From positions 1-29,723 of the IMG/VR virus record IMGVR_UViG_3300012953_000143: a DNA stretch of 29,723 nt; one strand, 5' to 3'. This DNA comes from a virus. Lineage: Duplodnaviria; Caudoviricetes. The notes beneath the pieces were generated by a model, which was given only the letters and a program-made list of their open reading frames with translations, was not told the DNA's origin and ran no database searches. Positions 25,797 through 29,723 of the stretch are shown one piece after another. Position numbers and translations under genes: made by a program. Position 1 is the first letter of the stretch; every line of letters starts with the position of its first letter.

Positions 25797-26475
25797 TGTC
25801 TTTCGAGACAGAAAGTTTTTTGAAATTTGAAAATTAAAAGTAGAGAGAGTAATTTACTCTCTATGGGGATTGACCGAAAAATGGGTGACTTTGAAGCCCA
25901 TAAGGTAATCCACCGAGATGTTGTGGTGACTAACCCAATGCCGAATGTGGTGTTAACAAGGCGGTTTCGTAGACATACGACTCGGAATGTACTTTTAGAA
26001 ATACAAAAGAAGCGATTCTTTGACCTCTTTGTGGGTAAGGGTAAAACCGAAGTCCCACTTTATGACCGAATAATTTATTCTCAGAGAGATAAGGTGATAA
26101 TACAGAAGTTGTTTTCGCTCCAACGATAACTAACTATTATTGAGGAGAACCATCGTAACTGATGGGTGTTAAGCAAGAGGTTCGAACAAATCTGAGCTAA
26201 AAGTTGTAGGTAATTCGCAAAATCCTACATCCCAATATTTTCAAATTTATAGTAGATGATATTGTAAATCCTACGCAGGCGATAATGATACTGAAAGGTA
26301 TGTATTGTAAGAGTTTTTATCATATACTATATTGACTTTGGAGAGTATCTTTACAGAATTAAAAGATGAGAAGGGTGTGTTTGTATTCCCTAACTTTCCA
26401 ATTTATTTAAGGTGGTGAGGTCTTTTTACATATACCCGATAATTAAATTTATCTAAAACTCATCACCTTTTTTTT
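25797..26475 (+). ncRNA. Large multi-domain structured non-coding RNA (~680 nt), family unassigned
   Basis: Gene-free gap in otherwise tightly packed DNA; 12-bp perfect long-range helix 25823-25834/26237-26248; more than 15 hand-paired helices; TTCG, GCGA and GAAA tetraloops; bounded by a promoter-like element and a stem plus T8. Confidence 0.78.
26409..26475 (+). terminator. Terminator-like 3' domain of the RNA
   Basis: AAGGTGGTGAG (26409-19) pairs with CTCATCACCTT (26459-69; one G-U), running into T8; the 39-nt enclosed segment is atypically long for a terminator. Confidence 0.55.
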
Positions 26476-26509
26476 AGCAAGAAATATTTGATTTTTTTAT
26501 CAAAGGGTT

Positions 26510-26517
26510 ATATTTAT
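26510..26517 (+). promoter_or_regulatory. ATATTTAT box upstream of ssb
   Basis: Recurring octamer preceded by TTTGA and a T-tract. Confidence 0.6.
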
Positions 26518-26588
26518 ATTTGTCAAAGGTTATTACCAATGACAATTAATAATTAACGAATTAAAAATAAACATAAGGAGAATATCGA

Positions 26589-27353
26589 ATGGATATTAAC
26601 GCAGTACGCAAGAGATTAGCTCAGTTACAAACGACTAATACTCGTACCACAAATCTGTGGAAACCTCAACCGGGTAAAACCCAAATCAGAATAGTACCTT
26701 ACAAACTACAAAAAGAATCACCTTTTATTGAGTTGTTTTTTCATTACGACTTAGGTGGTAAAACCTATCTTTCACCAATTTCATTTGGTCGACCAGATCC
26801 TATCGAAGAATTTGCCGACAAACTAAAATCAAGTGGTAATCGTGAAGATTGGAGACTTGGTAAAAAACTTGAAGCAAAACTTAGAACTTTTGCTCCTGTT
26901 GTAGTTCGTGGTGAAGAAAACGAAGGTGTTAAATTTTGGGGATTCGGTAAAACCGTATATCAAGAACTACTATCAATTATAGCAGATCCTGATTATGGTG
27001 ATATTAGTGATCCTGTAAATGGTCGTGATGTCGGTGTTGAGTTTTTAACCGCAGAAGAGACCGGTGCTAATTTCCCTAAGACTAACATTCGTGTTAAACC
27101 AAATCAAACACCAATCACAGAAGATAAGGCAAAGTTAGAATCAGTTCTAAAAGACCAAAAAGATATTTGTGAAGTATATCAAGAATTGTCCTACGATGAA
27201 CTAACAGACGCTCTTAATGATTGGTTGAATCCATCAGAAGAAGATGGTGAATCAACATCAAAAGAAGAGAATGTACCAGCATCTACCTTAAAGACAGCAG
27301 TTAATTCAACATCTGATGCAGGTAGTGCGTTTGACGATTTGTTTAATTCATAA
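26589..27353 (+). CDS. Single-stranded DNA-binding protein (T4 gp32-like)
   Basis: WKP..G...IRIVP, FHY, DPI.E, GVK.W.FGKTVY..L, D..D...GRD, acidic tail ending AFDDLFNS; RBS AAGGAG. Confidence 0.88.
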   Translation: MDINAVRKRLAQLQTTNTRTTNLWKPQPGKTQIRIVPYKLQKESPFIELFFHYDLGGKTYLSPISFGRPDPIEEFADKLKSSGNREDWRLGKKLEAKLRTFAPVVVRGEENEGVKFWGFGKTVYQELLSIIADPDYGDISDPVNGRDVGVEFLTAEETGANFPKTNIRVKPNQTPITEDKAKLESVLKDQKDICEVYQELSYDELTDALNDWLNPSEEDGESTSKEENVPASTLKTAVNSTSDAGSAFDDLFNS

Positions 27354-27363
27354 GGAGAACTAA

Positions 27364-28470
27364 ATGTCTGTAACAGTCAAAGATGAACTGGCACAAGTTC
27401 TTGCTGAAAACTTAAATAAAAAGTTCAAGAATAATAGGGTTGCTTATTTTCTCGATGGGAGTGGTTCAACTCCTACCGATATTAAGGAATTTATCTCAAC
27501 AGGCTCATCAATTTTAGACTTAGCAATTTCCAATAGACCTGATGGTGGAATCGCCGTAGGTCGTATTACCGAATTAAACGGATTGGAAAGTAGTGGTAAG
27601 TCTCTAATTGGAACTCACATATTAGCAGAAACACAGAAGAAAGGTGGAGTAGCAGTTTATATTGATACTGAAACTTCTGTTAGTCGTGAGTGGTTAGAAA
27701 CAATTGGTATAGATGTCCAAAATCTACTTTATCTTCATGTTGAAACCGTAGAAGATATTTTTGAATGTATTGAAAATATCGTTACGAAGATTCGTGAAAG
27801 TGATAGGGATAGATTAGTAACTATTTTAGTTGATAGTTTAGCAGCCGCTTCCACTAAGGTGGAGATGGAAGCAGACTTTGAAAAAGATGGTTGGGCAACA
27901 GCTAAAGCAATTATCATATCAAAGGCCATGAGAAAGATTACCCAAATGGTAGGTAGAGAAAGAGTAGCCTTGGTATTTACTAATCAACTTCGACAAAAAC
28001 TCGGAGTTATGTTCGGTGATCCTTGGACTACAAGTGGTGGTAAAGCATTACCATTTCACGCTTCTACTCGTATTCGTTTAAAGAATATGGGACAGATTAA
28101 AGATACTAAGAAGAATGTTTTAGGTATGAAAGCAAGAGCTCAGATTATCAAAAACAGATTAGGTCCTCCATTACGACATGCCGACTTTAACCTTTATTTC
28201 GATAGTGGTATTGATGATAAGGGAAGTTGGTTACAAGTAATGAAAGACCATAAACTTGTTAAAGTTGCAGGTGCTTGGTATACATTAGAGTATAATGGTG
28301 AAGATATTAAATTTCAATCCAAAGACTTCAGTAAGAAATTAGAAGAGGTCGATGGTTTGGAAGAACATCTTTATGGTTTAATTTGTCAAGCTTCCGTATT
28401 ACAATATCAATCAAAAGATTTAGGTATTGATGATGTGGAATATACAGATGAAGTGGTGGGTGATGGTTAA
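27364..28470 (+). CDS. recA: RecA/UvsX recombinase
   Basis: ISTGS..LDLAI, GG...GRITE..G.ESSGKS (Walker A), YIDTE, ILVDSLAA (Walker B), FTNQLR.K.GVMFG.P.TT.GG.AL.FHAS.R. Confidence 0.97.
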   Translation: MSVTVKDELAQVLAENLNKKFKNNRVAYFLDGSGSTPTDIKEFISTGSSILDLAISNRPDGGIAVGRITELNGLESSGKSLIGTHILAETQKKGGVAVYIDTETSVSREWLETIGIDVQNLLYLHVETVEDIFECIENIVTKIRESDRDRLVTILVDSLAAASTKVEMEADFEKDGWATAKAIIISKAMRKITQMVGRERVALVFTNQLRQKLGVMFGDPWTTSGGKALPFHASTRIRLKNMGQIKDTKKNVLGMKARAQIIKNRLGPPLRHADFNLYFDSGIDDKGSWLQVMKDHKLVKVAGAWYTLEYNGEDIKFQSKDFSKKLEEVDGLEEHLYGLICQASVLQYQSKDLGIDDVEYTDEVVGDG

Positions 28471-29533
28471 TGGAAAATACCTATCTATACTCGAAGAAAT
28501 AAAAAAACATGGCGGCGATTCTTACTCCAATAATCCCAATGAAAAAGTACTGATAATAGATGGCCTAAACACCTTTATTAGAGTATTTAGTGTTATACCA
28601 ACTACTAATGATGATGGAATTCACATTGGTGGAATAGTTGGTTTTCTGAAATCAGTTGGTTACGCAATAAAAATGTTAGGACCTACTCGTACCATTATCG
28701 TCTTTGATGGTAAGGGTGGTTCTAACCGCCGCCGTAAACTTTATCCTGAGTATAAGGCAAAACGATCACCTAAGAAAATAAGACTCAACCGAGTTAATGA
28801 ATTCGAAAATATAGATGATGAACGACATTCTATGTTGATGCAGTTATCTCGATGTGTTGATTACTTAGAAAGACTACCTGTTAGTATATTATCAATTGAT
28901 AATGTGGAAGCAGATGATGTTATGGCTTACGCAGCTAAACAACTACTAACCGATAGTAAAATTACTCTAATGAGTACCGACAAAGATTTCTTACAATTAG
29001 TTAATGATAGAATATCAGTATGGTCACCCACTAAGAAAAAACTTTACAATCCTGAAAAGGTGTTAGAAGAATATAAGGTTACATCTAGCAATTTGCTATT
29101 AAGTAGAGTTTTTGAGGGTGACCAATCTGATAATATCAAGGGAGTTAATGGAATTGGTGTGAAAACTCTCTTGAAACACTTTCCTGATTTAGGTAGGGAA
29201 GGTATGGTGTTCTCGTATGATGAAATAATTAATGAGGCACGAAAGTATCAAGGAACGAGATTTTACGATATCATACTTGATAACCAAGACACCATTGATA
29301 TTAATCATAGGTTGATGCAATTATATGATGTGGATATTAGTGGACAGGCAAAATTAAAGATAAATAATGTGGTAAATGGAGAAATACCTGAACTATCAAA
29401 GCCAATATTTCAGAAAATGTTTATAGAGGACAGAATGTTTGGTGCCCTACCAAACATGGATAGTTGGTTAATGCAAACTTGGACTAATCTGAATAGATTC
29501 GCGAAAATAAATAACAATGGGAAGAAAGCGTAA
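28463..29533 (+). CDS. 5'-3' exonuclease / flap endonuclease (T4 RNase H / PolI N-terminal domain-like)
   Basis: LIIDGLN..IR, VFDG, RRKLYPEYKA.R, EADDV, STDKDFLQLV, GD.SDNI.GV.GIG.KT (H3TH). Start probably the ATG at 28463 overlapping the recA stop, rather than 28427. Confidence 0.95.
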   Translation: MVNGKYLSILEEIKKHGGDSYSNNPNEKVLIIDGLNTFIRVFSVIPTTNDDGIHIGGIVGFLKSVGYAIKMLGPTRTIIVFDGKGGSNRRRKLYPEYKAKRSPKKIRLNRVNEFENIDDERHSMLMQLSRCVDYLERLPVSILSIDNVEADDVMAYAAKQLLTDSKITLMSTDKDFLQLVNDRISVWSPTKKKLYNPEKVLEEYKVTSSNLLLSRVFEGDQSDNIKGVNGIGVKTLLKHFPDLGREGMVFSYDEIINEARKYQGTRFYDIILDNQDTIDINHRLMQLYDVDISGQAKLKINNVVNGEIPELSKPIFQKMFIEDRMFGALPNMDSWLMQTWTNLNRFAKINNNGKKA

Positions 29534-29699
29534 ATATCAAACCGAAGAAGAGAAGAAGAAAGCTCAGCGAAAGTGGCAAATGGAACATTACCATCGCAAC
29601 AAAGAGCAAATTTTGCAAAAAGCCAAAGATACTTATAAGAAGAAAAAACGAGATAAGATGAGAAGAGAAAGGAGTAAAAGATTGTATGGTGACCAGTAA
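29517..29699 (+). CDS. Small highly basic hypothetical protein
   Basis: 60 aa, K/R-rich helix (MGRKRKYQTEEEKK..Y.RNKE.I..K); possible nucleic-acid binder. Confidence 0.65.
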   Translation: MGRKRKYQTEEEKKKAQRKWQMEHYHRNKEQILQKAKDTYKKKKRDKMRRERSKRLYGDQ

Positions 29700-29723
29700 A
29701 CTTATCAATGGAGATAGTGCTGA

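Noticed and set aside
25827-26129. 100-aa + strand ORF in the gap
   Set aside because: TTG start, no RBS, no recognisable motif, and it lies wholly within densely paired sequence; better explained as an incidental ORF inside a structured RNA.
25865-26234. tmRNA-like look (GGGGAT start, ~370 nt, stem followed by ATCCCA)
   Set aside because: No 7-bp acceptor stem with G3-U70, the terminal loop is 13 nt rather than a T-loop, and there is no ACCA end. Worth an ARAGORN run but not supportable.
25797-26475. RNase P RNA, group I/II intron or CRISPR array
   Set aside because: No GAGGAAAGTCC P4 motif, no group I P7 or group II domain V consensus, no interrupted gene, and no repeat-spacer periodicity or cas genes.
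26515-26522. Bacteroidota-type TAnnTTTG promoter as a host clue
   Set aside because: Single instance, and the strong AGGAG Shine-Dalgarno usage throughout argues against relying on it; host left unassigned.
343-29708. All minus-strand ORFs and the nested + ORF 17320-17523
   Set aside because: Short shadows of long + strand genes with antisense-codon composition and no motifs.
1-29723. Alternative genetic code, tRNAs, inteins or introns
   Set aside because: Genes are full length under the standard code; no cloverleafs or insertion elements were noticed in recA, polA or thyX.

Overview
AT-rich fragment of a large contractile-tailed (myovirus-type) bacteriophage genome, with every credible gene on the + strand. 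Order: a tandem array of at least 5 LamG/concanavalin-like paralogues; a tail module (sheath, tube, tail chaperone with a likely frameshift extension, tape measure, baseplate proteins); thyX; an unusually short family A polymerase; hypothetical genes; a GH6 cellulase-like gene; a ~830-nt gene-free gap; then SSB, RecA/UvsX and a stand-alone 5'-3' exonuclease. The strongest novelty candidate is the gap at 25797-26475. By eye it folds into a ~680-nt multi-domain structured RNA with a 12-bp long-range closing helix, tetraloop hairpins, a pseudoknot and three tandem multi-helix 3' domains, and it has its own promoter-like and terminator-like signals. Other notable items: the PolA appears thumbless and has His at the steric-gate position; the GH6 lacks a signal peptide and its usual cysteines; a 37-aa module is shared by two tail proteins; and the LamG genes' last codons double as the next gene's RBS. 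All family calls come from recalled motifs and all RNA helices were paired by hand; no searches or folding programs were run. The host cannot be determined.
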